A DNA stretch of 64,000 nt from Trichechus inunguis. Its lineage: Eukaryota. The position numbers and the translations under genes are program-made. The notes under the pieces were generated by a model. That model had not been told where the DNA came from, ran no database searches, and saw nothing but the letters and a program-made list of their open reading frames with translations. The stretch is from NCBI GenBank assembly GCA_046562895.1, contig CM102171.1, positions 24,343,509 to 24,407,508 on the forward strand. Direction: 5' to 3'. Below, one piece after another: positions 45,298 through 58,482 of the stretch (positions are counted from its first letter, which is position 1; each line of letters begins with the position of its first letter).

Positions 45298-45545
45298 CTA
45301 GAATATGGAGAGATGGGATGGGACTGGTTCTTCCTGTCCCTTCTCCCTTCACTTGGGATAGGTTGCCTCTAGTCGTGCTCTGACAGGTAGAGTGAAGAGC
45401 AGCAGGAAACAGCTACAAGTCCACCCTGATACTGGCTCCCGACTCAATAACCCCCCTTATCTACCTTGGGACATACTTCGTGCTCAATACTTTCTGAATA
45501 AACCAACAATGCAAAAGGCACTGATGGCTGGGAAGAGGCACTAAC

Positions 45546-45657
45546 CTGACTCTGAATTTAAACGGAATCTTTTTCTCTCTGGCTCACTGGAGGAAATAGG
45601 AGGCCTCTTCACTTTCTTCGTAAGATCTAGCTTCTTCCTGGTACCCGCTTCGTCCAC
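45546..45657 (-). CDS. HIRIP3: HIRIP3 coding exon 3
   Basis: Acceptor cacacag|GTG, donor TCAG|gttagt. Encodes 'VDEAGTRKKLDLTKKVKRPPISSSEPERKRFRLNSES'. Confidence 0.8.
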
Positions 45658-45767
45658 CTGTGTGTGCATCAAGAGATCAAGACGGCAAAGCATGTACCCA
45701 GGTTGTGTTCTGCCCCACCACCTTGGCAACAAGCCCCGCCCCCTGTGGCCCAGGCTCGTGCCCACAC

Positions 45768-45888
45768 CTGCATCTTCAGCAGCTCCTCTTCCACCAGCCG
45801 CTTCAGCGCTTGCTTCTCCTCAGGTTCCAGATGGTCGCGGCCCACGTGAGCCAAGAACCTCTGCCGTACGATGGAGTGCGTGAGCGTA
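45768..45888 (-). CDS. HIRIP3: HIRIP3 coding exon 2
   Basis: Acceptor ccccgcag|TACG, donor CAG|gtgtgg. Encodes 'STLTHSIVRQRFLAHVGRDHLEPEEKQALKRLVEEELLKMQ'. Confidence 0.8.
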
Positions 45889-45966
45889 CTGCGGGGACAT
45901 GGTGTCAAGACGGAGTCCCCAGCCCGCCCCTGCCCTTTCCAGTCCCACCTCCAGCCCCAAGTGCAC

Positions 45967-46031
45967 CTGAGGTCCGGGCGTCCTCGGAAGAGGCTACGGG
46001 TGAATTCCTGCATCCCGCTATCCCGCGCCAT
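45967..46031 (-). CDS. HIRIP3: HIRIP3 coding exon 1 (ATG at 46029-46031 on the minus strand)
   Basis: Encodes 'MARDSGMQEFTRSLFRGRPDL', donor AG|gtgcac. Seven-exon CDS totals 1836 nt = 611 aa. Confidence 0.8.
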
Positions 46032-46737
46032 TTTGCTCCACCCGGGATTGGCGGCTCCCGCCTTTTTTCTTCACGGCCTCCGTCAGCGCGTTTGACAGGG
46101 GGTCGCGCACGCGCAGTGCCGTGGCACCGGGAGGCGAGGGACCGTTAAGTCTCAGTCGCAGGCTGCTCGGGCGGAGAACTTTACCAGGCAAATCTTGCTT
46201 CCCCCCGCGGCAGTTGGAGGGTCTCGCGGTTCCTTCCCTTTCTTAGAACGAATCTTTGTAACAAAGTTCTCGTTAGAAACCGCTTCAGCGCCGGCAACCT
46301 TAGGTGTGATGTAATCAACCCGCGACGCTGCCTCCATGGCGCCTGGTCACGCGCACCAGCTATGTCGCTGTTATTTCGAAAGGCAGAAGACATTCTTGCA
46401 AGGAGACTAGGAATCCTGGGGTGGGGGAGTCTTTTTGTGCCTTCAAATCTGTAAGCACATTTACAATCAGGAACGGCGCCCTCCGGCGTCCGCCATCTTT
46501 GTGACATCATCACGTCACTGCGACGCCATCTTTAGCGTAGCCACTCGAAGCAACATTCCTTTCCCGATATTACCCGTGAGGGCAGTAGGTGTTCTTACGC
46601 TCCTTGGGCGCGGGGAGCGGCGGGAGTTGTAGTCCCAGTGGACAGAGTCCTACAGAATCTCCGGAAGTCTAGGTCCGGTTGAGCCGGCTCGTGGTAGCAG
46701 GACTACCGACGCTGGGGCGCTGCTCCGGCGGCCGGTC

Positions 46738-46818
46738 ATGAACGGGCCGACGGACGGCGAGGTGGACTACAAAAAGAAATATCGGAACCTGAAGCGGAAG
46801 CTCAAGTTTCTCATTTAC
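46738..46818 (+). CDS. INO80E: INO80E coding exon 1
   Basis: ATG at 46738. Encodes '[27 protein letters not shown]', donor TAC|gtgagt. Confidence 0.9.
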
Positions 46819-46973
46819 GTGAGTGCTGCGGTGGAGAGGTTCTGGGTGGTGAGGCCTGGCGCTGAGAGGACCTCAGTTTACCCATGTGTAAGGGGGATGG
46901 AGAGAGCTGTCGCTAGCCTCTGGGGCCCTTTACGGACAGCCGTTGGCTCAGTGCCTACCTTGCCTGGATGCAG

Positions 46974-47044
46974 GAACACGAGTGCTTCCAGGAGGAGCTG
47001 AGGAAGGCGCAGAGGAAATTGCTGAAGGTGTCCCGGGACAAGAG
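46974..47044 (+). CDS. INO80E: INO80E coding exon 2
   Basis: Acceptor ggatgcag|GAA, donor AAGAG|gtgagg. Encodes '[23 protein letters not shown]'. Confidence 0.85.
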
Positions 47045-47249
47045 GTGAGGCACACTGAGGGAGGAGGATGGTGAGGTGGCTACGGTGGATTTACTTTCGG
47101 GCCCTGCCCTGGAATAGGGCCACAAATGCCTAGCGCTTGCCTCGAAGCTGTTCCGAGGATCCAGCGGACCAGCTAGGAGGTTAGCGGGCCCAAGAGAGCA
47201 TCGCTGAGATGGGAATAAACAGTCCTGTTCTCCCCTCCTCTTCCCTCAG

Positions 47250-47302
47250 TTTCCTTCTTGACCGACTTCTGCAGTACGAGAACGTGGATGAAGACTCTTC
47301 TG
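47250..47302 (+). CDS. INO80E: INO80E coding exon 3
   Basis: Acceptor ccctcag|TTTCC, donor TCTG|gtgagc. Encodes '(S)FLLDRLLQYENVDEDSS'. Confidence 0.85.
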
Positions 47303-48530
47303 GTGAGCAACGTCATGAGAAACTGACGGAGAACATGGCTTCTGGCACTCCAGCAAGCTTTCTGGGATGCTCCTTTTAGGCTCTGGAGGCTTGTGCAGCC
47401 TCCAGCGGTTCCTTTTGCTTGCCTTCCACCCCTACCATTCTTTCACTCAAGTACTTATTGAGTACCGTGTTTCAGGCATTGTGCTTGGAACAGGGAGTAT
47501 AGCAATAACCAAGATGGACAAAGCCCTTGGCCCCTTGCAATTCATATTCGCGGGTAGGGGGGAAGTAAACAGAGAAATGAGCTAGAATTTTAGATAGAGT
47601 AAGGGTTTTGAAAGGAGTAAAAGCAGTTATGTGGTAGTGATTGGCATAGAGCAAGGATTGACAAACTTTCTGTAAAACACCAGGTAGTAAATATATTAGA
47701 TTTTGTGAGACTTATGGGCTCTGTCCCAGCTACTCAGCTCGCTGCTGTAGTGCAAAAACAGCCATAGACAATATGTAAAAAAATAATAATGGCTGTATTC
47801 CAATAAAACTTTTATTTATGAACACTGAAATTTGAATTCCATATAATTTTCACGTCATGAAATTTTTTTTTTTCCCCAATCATGTAAAAATGTAAAAGCC
47901 ACCTTAGCTTGCAGATCATTCAAAAGCAGGTAACAGGCAGTGGCTCAATAGAGTGATCAAGAAAGGCCTTTTTTAGAAAGTAACATTTGAGCTGGGACCT
48001 AGATTATAGGAAGAAACCAGTCCTGTGAGGATATGAGTGAGAGCTTTCCAAGAAGAGGGAATAACAAATACAGATGCCCTGAGGTAAGAACAAGCCAGGC
48101 ATAGAGGAAGACAGAAGGGGTGACACATATAGAGCACTATATCTTACATCAAGATCAAGTCCCCGCATATATACTTATAAGACATAGTGAAGTAGTGTTA
48201 AGAACGCTACATTCAGTTTATCCTGATACTTTTTAGACATTTTATCTTCTCCTTTTGATGCTCGTTGCAAACCACTAAATTGATTTCATGACCCATCAAT
48301 GGGTTGAGATCCATAGTTTGAGGTGGCCATTTGTGGCCTTGTTCCACTGTTTGGCCTTCATAACCTGTGTTACAATCACCTCCCTTCACGGTGCCTCTAA
48401 ACATGGGTTTAGAGCAGGAATCGGCAAACTCTTGCCAGCCAGGCTGCTCAGTTTTATAAATGTTTTCTTGGAACATGCAGTGTCCATTCATTTATGTATC
48501 TCAAGAGGATAGTAGATAAGATCAGGAACC

Positions 48531-48722
48531 TAGGTGGTCAGGGGTTAAAGCGCTGGGCTGCTAACCAAGACAGGTTGGTGGTTCGAACCTACCAGCCACT
48601 CCTGGGAGAAAGATGTGGCAGTCTGCTTCCGTAAAGATTGATAGCCTTGGAAACCCTGTGGGGCAGTTCTGCTTTGTCATATAGGGTCACTATGAGTCAG
48701 AATCATCTCGACGCAGTGTGTT
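48531..48722 (+). mobile_element. AfroSINE in INO80E intron 3
   Basis: 'ggaacctaggtggtcaggggttaaagcgctgggctgctaaccaagacaggttggtggttcgaacctaccagccactc...gggtcactatgagtcagaatcatctcgacgcag'. Confidence 0.8.
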
Positions 48723-49383
48723 TAGTTTGGTTTGGTTCGAGTACTTGCTGACAGTGGGGAGAGATGTGATCAGGTTTACATTTCAGGTCATTCCGGGATT
48801 GGAGTGGATTAGTGGGTGGCAGCGTGAGGTGAGACTGCTTAGGAGGTGATTTTGATGTGGTAGCCTGACCTTGTGGCAGTTGGAATGGGGGACAGTGATA
48901 AAGGGAGGAGAGATTGGAGGGGAACAACAACAGGACTTAGATGTCAGCAGTGGAGCAAAGGGAGGAGCTGAAGGGAGCTTAGCGGCAAATAAAGAAAGAG
49001 TGACATAAAGTGGTCAAGGGGTCACAGACATGAGTTCAAGTTCCGGCCCCACACAGTACTTTCTGAGCCTCAGTGACCTCTCTGGAAAGTTGAGGTGATA
49101 CCCTTCCCTTCCTCCTTGGATAGTTTCCAAGGCGAGAAGAGATAGTGAATATAAAGTGTCCAGTACAAAATCTGGCACATAGTAAGTACTTGACAGACAT
49201 ACTGTCATGGGCAGGAAGTAGGATGTGAAGGACGTTTTAAGAAGCTGGGAGCCTGCCCAGAATAGCACATGTGTACCATTTGAGGAGTCAGATTCCTCTG
49301 GCTTTCCATAGGGCTGAGGTTACACCCCTCTGGGGTAGACTAGACCCCCTGCCCCTCAGTAAACCAGCCCTCACCTCTCACAG

Positions 49384-49462
49384 ACTCAGATGCCACTGCG
49401 TCTTCAGATAACAGTGAGACAGAGGGGACACCCAAGTTGTCGGACACTCCAGCCCCCAAGAG
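49384..49462 (+). CDS. INO80E: INO80E coding exon 4
   Basis: Acceptor ctcacag|ACTCA, donor AAGAG|gtgaga. Encodes '[26 protein letters not shown]'. Confidence 0.85.
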
Positions 49463-49559
49463 GTGAGAAGAAGCCAGTGTTCCTTTCTGGGGGAGGGTAG
49501 GGGGTAGGATACCTGGCCTCCTAGCTGCCTCTGACCCCTCCTCCCTGTCCTTTCTCCAG

Positions 49560-49671
49560 GAAGAGAAGCCCTCCGCTGGGTGGTGCCCCCTCCCCCTCCA
49601 GTCTCTCCCTGCCTCCTTCAACAGGGTTTCCCCTTCAGGCTTCTGGGGCCCCCTCCCCATACCTGAGCTCG
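49560..49671 (+). CDS. INO80E: INO80E coding exon 5
   Basis: Acceptor tctccag|GAAG, donor TCG|gtgagt. Encodes '[38 protein letters not shown]'. Confidence 0.85.
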
Positions 49672-50059
49672 GTGAGTTGGGGTCAAGGGTGGGAAGTGGT
49701 GAATTAAAGTGCCTGGGAATAAGACAGGTATCATTTGGGCAGAGGGGCCAGGCTTTGGGGTGAAGCTGGCCCATCTCTGGGGATGTCTTTTTGGGTGTGG
49801 CCAGCAAGCACCCCTTGGAGGGTGTGAGTCGGGCTGCCCGCTTCCTCTCTCTGGTGTAGGAATGGGGGACAGACATGACTGAGGAGAGCAGACCACAGGA
49901 CAAAGTCCTACTGCTGTCCCCTCCGCTTCTCTCAGGAGCCAGGGGGAGCCACACTCATCAGCCATCTCTTTTGTTTTTCCATTCTCCCTTTGTTTGCATT
50001 TCTCCCCTTCACCCCCACCCCAATCCACTCCATCTCCCATGTCCATCCCGCCACAGCAG

Positions 50060-50194
50060 CTGGCCTCCCCCCCCTACCCCCCATTCCCTTCTGACTACCT
50101 GGCCCTGCAGCTGCCCGAGCCCAGCCCCCTGAGGGAGCCCAGCCCCCTGAGGCCCACGCGGCAGAAACGGCCCCGCCTGCCCCGGAAACTCAAG
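50060..50194 (+). CDS. INO80E: INO80E coding exon 6 (tandem NAGNAG acceptor cagcag|)
   Basis: Encodes '[45 protein letters not shown]', donor AAG|gtaccc. The upstream AG at 50056 would add one Gln. Confidence 0.8.
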
Positions 50195-50689
50195 GTACCC
50201 TGATTTGGGGAGGCCAGGGAGGGGCCAGGATGGCTGGAGGACAGCCATCCAAGGGAGGCTTAGGACAGGGACTGGAGGCCTGTCCGAGAACTCTGAATGA
50301 CTGATTTGGAGCTCCTGGGGCCCAGGCCAGGGCTAGGCTCTGAGGGGTGGCTCAGAGAGGTCCTGGCCCACAGCTCATTGCAGAGACAAATCAGGGGCAG
50401 AACCAGCCTTGGGAACTCAGAGTGAGGGTACCTGGGGTCCACCTCTCTCACTGCTGCAGTGTGGGTAGCAGCAAGACTTGGTTTTCACATACTGGGGATG
50501 TTCTGTGATGCCAGCATCCCAGAAAAGAGGAAAGAGTTGTAGAATCCAGTCAAGGCTTCCACCAGTTAAAAACCATATGACCTTGAGCAGGTCTCTTTGA
50601 CCCTCCAGGTCTCCAGTTCTGCATCTGTAAAGTGAGTGATCAAACGAGATTTAATCAACTAGTGATTTTTGAGCATTACTAGGTGCCAG

Positions 50690-51720
50690 GCACTGTCCTA
50701 GGTGCTACAGATGCAGTAGTGAACAGAGCAGACAGAAGCCCCTGGCCTTTTGGAGCTCACATTTTGGCAAGACAGGCAGAAAGTAAACAAATAGGTAGCA
50801 GTGGAGAAAAATGAGCTTGAGTAAAGGGGACAGGGAGCACCCAGGATGGATGGGGGTTGACATTTAAGATTGGGTAGTTTGGAATGTTATTTGATTGGAG
50901 GGCTAAAGGAAATGAGAACAAGCCATGTAGCTCTCTGGGAAGTGTTTCAGTCAGAGGAAACGACCAGCACAAAGGCCCTGAGGAGGGCGCATGCTTGGCT
51001 TGTTCAGGTCAGAGTAGTAACTGAGGAGCAAGATTGTGGCGGGCCTTATAAAGACCTTGGCTTGTACTGTGAGTGAAACGGGGAACCATTGGAAAGGTTG
51101 AGCAGAGGAGGGGTCTGATCTCACTTGCTTACACTTCAACAAAATTAGTGAGACTGTTATGGAGACACCATGCTGGGTGAGGGGTAGGGGAAGGACTGCA
51201 GGGTGGAAGGAGGGATACCAACAAGGAGGCTACTGTAATAAACCAAGGGACTGTGGGAACACTCAAAGTGGGTTGTGGATGTTTTAAAGAATAAGCTGCA
51301 GGATTCCTAAGACCAGTTGTGGGCTGTAAGAAAGAGGAGTCAAGGATGACTCTGGGGTTTTTAGCCTGAGCGACTGAAGAAGAGTAGTTGCCTTCTCCTG
51401 AGATGGGGGGAAGATGGAAGGAGTAGGTTTTAGAGGGAAAAAGAGGAGTTTGGCTCTGGACATGCTGAGATGCTTTCTGGAAAGGTCAACTAGAAGCTGG
51501 ATATGGGTGCCTGGAATTCATGGGGATATATACTTGGAAGTCATCAGCACAGAGACCGATGTGATCACTGAGGACAGAATGTGGTTGGAGAAGAGAAGAA
51601 GTCTGAGCACTGAGCCCCAGGAGAGATTAGAGGAACCACCGAAGACACAGGAGGCACAGTGCCCAGCCCTGAATCAAAGTCGAAAAGGGACTGGGCTTAA
51701 GCAGCTCTCAAGTGGGTTGT
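50690..51720. repeat. Ancient mammalian interspersed repeat (LINE-like consensus; family name not assigned) in INO80E intron 6
   Basis: Recognisable consensus blocks include 'gagcattactaggtgccaggcactgtcctaggtgctacagatgcagtagtgaacagagcagacag', '...gcacaaaggccctgaggagggcgcatgcttggcttgttcaggtc', '...ggagtcaaggatgactctggggtttttagcctgagcgactg' and '...gatatatacttggaagtcatcagcacagagaccgatgtgatcactgagg'. Confidence 0.5.
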
Positions 51721-51769
51721 AGACTCAGGCTCTGAAGCCAGAAGTGAAATCGGAAGCCACATTTGTGAT

Positions 51770-51880
51770 GATTAGGAGTATGGATTCTGGAGTTCGAATC
51801 CCAGCTCTGTCACTTACTCCCTGTGTGACCTTGGCCTCGTGTACTTAACCTCTTGAGCCTGAAAGATGGGGGTGAGAATA
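51770..51880. repeat. MIR core relic
   Basis: 'gagttcgaatcccagctctgtcacttactccctgtgtgaccttggcctcgtgtacttaacctcttgagcctgaaagatgggggtgagaataatg'. Confidence 0.65.
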
Positions 51881-52489
51881 ATGGCCCTTTGCTCTGCTCA
51901 GCAGGGTATTTGTTTCTGGCCTGTAGAGCAGGGTGGCAGAGAAACGGGGGGTCAGAGAGGCCTGCAGTAGGTAGTGGAGGTGTGAGGTGGCTTGGGCATG
52001 GGGGGTTTGAGGCCTTCTGGTTGGTGCTGGGTTCTGAAGTAGAGGAATGTCAGGGAGCTGGGTTCTGACATACGTGAGAGAAATGTTAGTTGGGAGAGGG
52101 GCCCACATCAATTGCTGTGCGAGGGGGAGGGGATAAATCAGGGAAGACCTCAAAGAAGTGACATTTGAGCACAGGGTAAGTGGAATTGGATATTCCAGGC
52201 TGAGGGAATAGAAGACATGAAGACAGGGACATGGCAGAAGTGTTTCTTTGGGCTGGAGCAGGAGTGAAAAGAGTGAACAGGCTTGGAAAGAAAGATAGGA
52301 TGGGATCGGGTCATAGAAGGCCTCAACACCCAGAATCAAAGTTTGCATGCTATGGTAAAAGGCAGTGGGAGCCACTGAAAATTTCTGAGTGACTTGGTGT
52401 GAACAGATTGGAGGTAGCAACACAGACCAGAGGAAGGAAAGCTGTGAAAACTGAGCAGGTTGGCTCAGAGCCTGGGCCTTAGACAGACC

Positions 52490-52610
52490 TGAGTTTGAAT
52501 CCCAGCTCCTCCACTTAGTCACTGTGTGACCTTGGGCATGTCATCTAACTTTCTGAACCTCAGCTTTCCTCTCTGTCAGATGGGGTCATTGTGAGGATAA
52601 AATGTACTAA
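52490..52610. repeat. MIR core relic
   Basis: 'gacctgagtttgaatcccagctcctccacttagtcactgtgtgaccttgggcatgtcatctaactttctgaacctcagctttcctctctgtcagatggggtcattgtgagg'. Confidence 0.65.
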
Positions 52611-54134
52611 GGAGAGAAGAACATTTAGTACAGTGCCTGGTTTCTAGTAAGCCACAGATAAGTATTAGCTGCTGTCGGTCACGCTGAAGATCCATGAGGA
52701 GGCCACTGAGTAAGTCCAGGCAAGGGCCAGAGTCGGGTGGGGATGGAGAGATGGTGGCCAGAGGAGGGGGACAGTCCTCGTGCAGCTGTCCTTTTCAGTT
52801 GTGCTTGTGTGTCTGCTCCCATGTATCCATGAGTGCCTGGTACTAAGTGCAAGGGGGCTGTTCACAGGTGGGCCTCCTGAACCCTGAGGCACCACCTCTG
52901 AGGGAAAAGCCCACTCTGACCCCCATCCCACCCCAGGAATGGCAGTGAGGTGGGGAGCTTGGGAAGCAGAGAGTAGACCATGAAGGCTGAATGTGTTAAG
53001 ACAACCAGAAGGACCACTGTGAAGACCACCCATAAGTGTTTCCCCTGACTGAACACAGCCCAGCGGGGACCCATTAGGCCAGTTCCTTAACACCTCCCTT
53101 TTGAAGCCTGTTTCCTCCTCTGGCAGATCATCTCCCCTCCCTCCCAGGGTGGGCATGAGGGTCAGAGATCATGACCAGAAGTCACTTGGCATATAGTAGG
53201 TGCTAAGAACAGGGTTTGTACCCACAGGCAAAGCATGAGGGCTGGATGGGGAGGCTTCAGACTGACCTGGCAGGGGAGGGGGGCAGAGGGTTGGGCAGGA
53301 CAGAGGCTACTTCCCAGCCTCAGAGGACAAAGCAGGACTTTGACAAATAGAGGAGGACACTTCAGGTGGAGGGACCGGCCTGTGCTCAGGTCTGCCGCCT
53401 GCCTGTCCCGAGAGCAGTGAGGAGCGGAGGGCCCTGGAGGGGGAATGACATGCGCAGGTTTGTGTTTTAGAGAGATCACTCTGGCTGCAGTGTGGAGGAG
53501 GAGCTGGAGCTGGGAGAGGCTGAAGGCAGGGAGTCCAGTTAGGAGGCTGGTACCATAGCACAGGTGAGCTGAGAGGAGGGCCTGGCCTAGGCCAGTGGCT
53601 GCGGGGATCCCGAGGAAGGGCCCTCCAAGGTAGAAGAGGTAGAAGCCTCAGAAGGAGGGGGAGGGGGGCTTGGGCAGCCTGTGATACCCTCCACTGAGCC
53701 AGTCAGTCCTGCAGGAGGAGGACCAGGAACCAGTGGTGGCAAGCGGCATCTGAGGGTTCCAGCAGGCAGGCAGGCCGGCCCTCCAGGCTGACTCTGACTC
53801 TGCTGTTACCAGGGCAGCCGAGGGGCCTCCCTGGGGAGTGCAGGGCCAGCCTTTCCCTCCCAGTTTCCTGCAAGACCTTCTCACCCTCATCAACACCTCC
53901 ATCACCACCCCTCACCTCCAGGCACTTGCTCACTGGGGACTCTGAAGGGGGTGTGGTGGGGGCAGGCCCTGAGTCCAGCAGTGGCCAGCCAGATTGTATG
54001 CACTGCCCCGTAAATGAGCCTTTGTCCCTTTTCCTGTCCCCCAGAACTGCCTTAGGGGGCAGTACCCAACCCCCTGGGAATCCCAGAGCCCCCCAGCTGA
54101 CAAGCCTTCCCTGTGTTTCTTCCCCCTGCTGCAG

Positions 54135-54356
54135 ATGTCGGTGGGACCCCCCGATTGCCCTGTGGGAGGGCCGCTGACCTTTCCAGGTCGAGGAGCTGGG
54201 GCTGGGATGGGGGCAGCCCTGGCCCCACTGCCCCCTCCCAAGATGCCTCCCCACACCATCCTGAGCACCGTCCCTCGGCAGATGTTCAGCGACGCAGGCA
54301 GCGGCGATGATGCCCTAGATGGGGATGATGACCTGGTGATCGACATCCCGGAGTGA
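54135..54356 (+). CDS. INO80E: INO80E terminal coding exon 7 (TGA stop)
   Basis: Acceptor gctgcag|ATG. Encodes '[73 protein letters not shown]'. CDS totals 753 nt = 250 aa. Confidence 0.9.
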   Translation: MSVGPPDCPVGGPLTFPGRGAGAGMGAALAPLPPPKMPPHTILSTVPRQMFSDAGSGDDALDGDDDLVIDIPE

Positions 54357-54574
54357 CCTGGCACCTGCGCCCTGCCCATGGCCCCCTGCCGTGCTAGCAC
54401 ACATGAGCCCCCAGCTTCCTCAGAGATGTTTATTGACATCCAGTTGCCATGCTTCGGCCACTGACACAATCAGAAGAGGCGTAAACATGCACAAATGCCT
54501 CCTGGGAAGGTAGGCCCTGAGCAGGGCTGGCAGGCCCCTGTCCTCACACCCCAGCCCCATCCGGGGAACAGTTA

Positions 54575-54580
54575 TTTATT
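54575..54580 (-). terminator. DOC2A: DOC2A polyadenylation signal (AATAAA on the minus strand)
   Basis: Plus-strand 'gttatTTATTtatacg', about 570 nt downstream (minus sense) of the DOC2A stop, placing it inside the INO80E 3' flank. Confidence 0.5.
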
Positions 54581-54689
54581 TATACGAGTGGCCTGGGAGC
54601 ACCTGCCACCTCTTGAGCAAGCAGAGACCCTGTGGTGGCCACCCTGTATGAGGGCAGCTTCCAGGGCTAAGTATTTTAATGAAGACTGT

Positions 54690-54695
54690 ATTAAA
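54690..54695 (+). terminator. INO80E: Candidate INO80E polyadenylation signal (ATTAAA variant)
   Basis: 'gaagactgtATTAAAggggtgg', about 335 nt past the INO80E stop. No canonical AATAAA on the plus strand nearby. Confidence 0.45.
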
Positions 54696-55146
54696 GGGGT
54701 GGCTCTTTTTCAGTTTTTTTCGTCCTTTTTTGGAAACCTCGTTTTCCTCCAGGCCCCCACTAATCTGACCTCCTCCCTGTGGGGAGGGGGACAGGCAGCC
54801 TGGAGAGGCAGGAAGGAGGATGGGCAGTGGGCCTTAGGGCAGGGGGCAGTGACAGGACTCCCCTGTACAGGTGCCAGGATGGCTGGCTTGCATATTTGCA
54901 TATCATAGCGAGTCAGGCAGGCGGAAGTTTGCATATGTGAATACAGATCTCCACAGTTCCTCACCGGAAGACAGGCCCACCAGGTCACAGAGGTTCTCAC
55001 AAAATAAGACAGGAAGTGCGGGGCAGGCACACCTGACCCCGTGTAAACGTGCAACACACTCGTGCAAAGGTTGGGTGCTGGATGCAGCCCCCGGGGCTGT
55101 GCCGGGCAGCCTGGTCTAGTGCTGGGAGCCGCTGTGCTGCTCAGGC

Positions 55147-56387
<1,241 letters not shown>

Positions 56388-56821
56388 CTAAATACTCCAC
56401 ATCTCAGCTGTAAAATGCGCTTCCTCACAAGGGCTGCACCGCAAGCACCAGGCCTGGAGCTTGAGAAAGACGATTTGCCTCTGTTCCTCCATCCCTCCCT
56501 TTTGGGCCGCCCTTGGTCCATCAGGCCCTGCTCAGCTACTCCAGGAAGCCCTCATAGGTTTTAAGGACCACTTCATTCAGGGCCTGGGGGCAGGATCTGA
56601 CTGAGCATGCACAGGGTGCACACTGATGGCACGGGTCACAGATTCAGGATGGAAGAGCTAGAAGGGCCTTGTCCTCTGGCACTCCTCTCCATGGAGCAGG
56701 GAGCCAGCCCAGGAGAGACCAGGAGCCCCAAGATGAAAGTATTACTTCTATCCATCCCCTTCTGCAGCCCCCTGTGCTTCCTGCTGCTGTGATGGCTCTG
56801 TTGAGTGGCCGTGTGATGGAG

Positions 56822-56992
56822 CAAAAAAATACTAAACCCATTGCCATTGAGTCGATTCCGACTCACAGCAATACTACAGGACAGAGTGAAACTGCCCCAT
56901 AGGGTTTCCAAGGAAGAGCTGGTTGATTTGAACTCCCAACCTTTTGGTTAGCAGCTGAGCTCTTAACCACTGCACCACCAGGGTTCCATAGT
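56822..56992 (-). mobile_element. AfroSINE in the DOC2A intron between coding exons 4 and 5
   Basis: 'ccattgccattgagtcgattccgactcacagcaatactacaggacagagtgaaactgccccatagggtttccaaggaagagctgg...ccttttggttagcagctgagctcttaaccactgcaccaccagggttcc'. Confidence 0.8.
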
Positions 56993-57899
56993 GGAATGTA
57001 GGGAGGGGTCCAGACTCCAGCTCTGCTACTTAGCTATCTGTGTGACCTTAGGTAAGTCACTTAACCTCCCTAATCCTCTATGCCCACCTCCTAAAGCTGT
57101 TCGAGGAGCAAGTGAAACCAATGTAAAAGTGCTTGGCCAGGCGGGGCACCAGTGAGCACTCAGTAAAGTGTTAGTTCTTTTCAGGCCTCATTCTCTTATA
57201 CCTGGAATCTGATGCCAACCTTTCTGGTTTCTGTCTCTGTTCTCCCTTCCAATCTACCTCCACACCTCATCACCACCTCCATCACCACCAACGCAATCTC
57301 TAAAACACAGCCCTGACCATGCCCCTTCCCTGCTACAAACCCTTCCATGGCTTCCTATTTCCCAGATAGGATGAACCAAGAGTGAGGTCACGGCATATGC
57401 CTGGGTTCTACCGCCTTCGCTGGCCTGAGGAAACGCTCCCTGCAGCTCCATCTCCTCTGGTGATGGAGGAAGTTCTCTGCCCCTGAAGACTTCACTCCTG
57501 AGAGATTTCAGGGGGTTGCAGGGAGCAGAATGGGCAGCTGCGGAGGCCTGGCTTAAGTCAGGGCTCTGAGAAAGGGTCTCGGTGATCAGAGAAAGCTTTC
57601 AGGAGGAGGCCGAGTTTGGGCTGAGCCTCAAATGATGAATGGGAGTTTGGCTGGCATGGAGGGGGCGAGTGGCGCTTTCTAGGTAGAAGAGATAAAGGTC
57701 AGGAGTAAGGCAATCGGCCAGTTGGAAGGGGCAGCCCTGTGTTTGAGGAGCAGTAATGCAAGGGAAAACTTCTGGCCTTCTGCCAAAGGGGATAGGAGAC
57801 ATTGAATGTTCTTGAGCAATGGAGAGGTAGGGTCTGAATGAGAGACAGGGAGATGAGCCACCAAAGAAGGTTACAGTGTCAGCTGTCATGGAGCCCTCA

Positions 57900-58482
<583 letters not shown>

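Larger units (their letters stand above)
45650..46950. promoter_or_regulatory. CpG island containing the HIRIP3/INO80E head-to-head bidirectional promoter
   Basis: The HIRIP3 ATG (minus, 46031) and INO80E ATG (plus, 46738) are 706 bp apart in a CpG-dense segment ('ccgcgcca', 'gcgcgcacgcgcagtgccgtggcaccgggaggcgagg', 'cgcgacgctgcctccatggcgcctggtcacgcgcacc'). Both first exons have strong donors. Confidence 0.7.

Noticed and set aside
44160-45383. 407-aa plus-strand ORF (Ser/Leu/Phe-rich)
   Set aside because: Exact antisense of the HIRIP3 acidic exon. GAG/GAA/AAG repeats read as CTC/TTC/CTT on the other strand and cannot contain stops. Composition artefact.
51845-52522. 225-aa minus-strand ORF and the 52665-53156 / 53703-54469 ORFs in INO80E intron 6
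   Set aside because: No recognisable domain. They overlap MIR and ancient repeat relics or GC-rich intronic sequence. Flanked by confidently assigned INO80E exons with clean splice sites, so treated as intronic.
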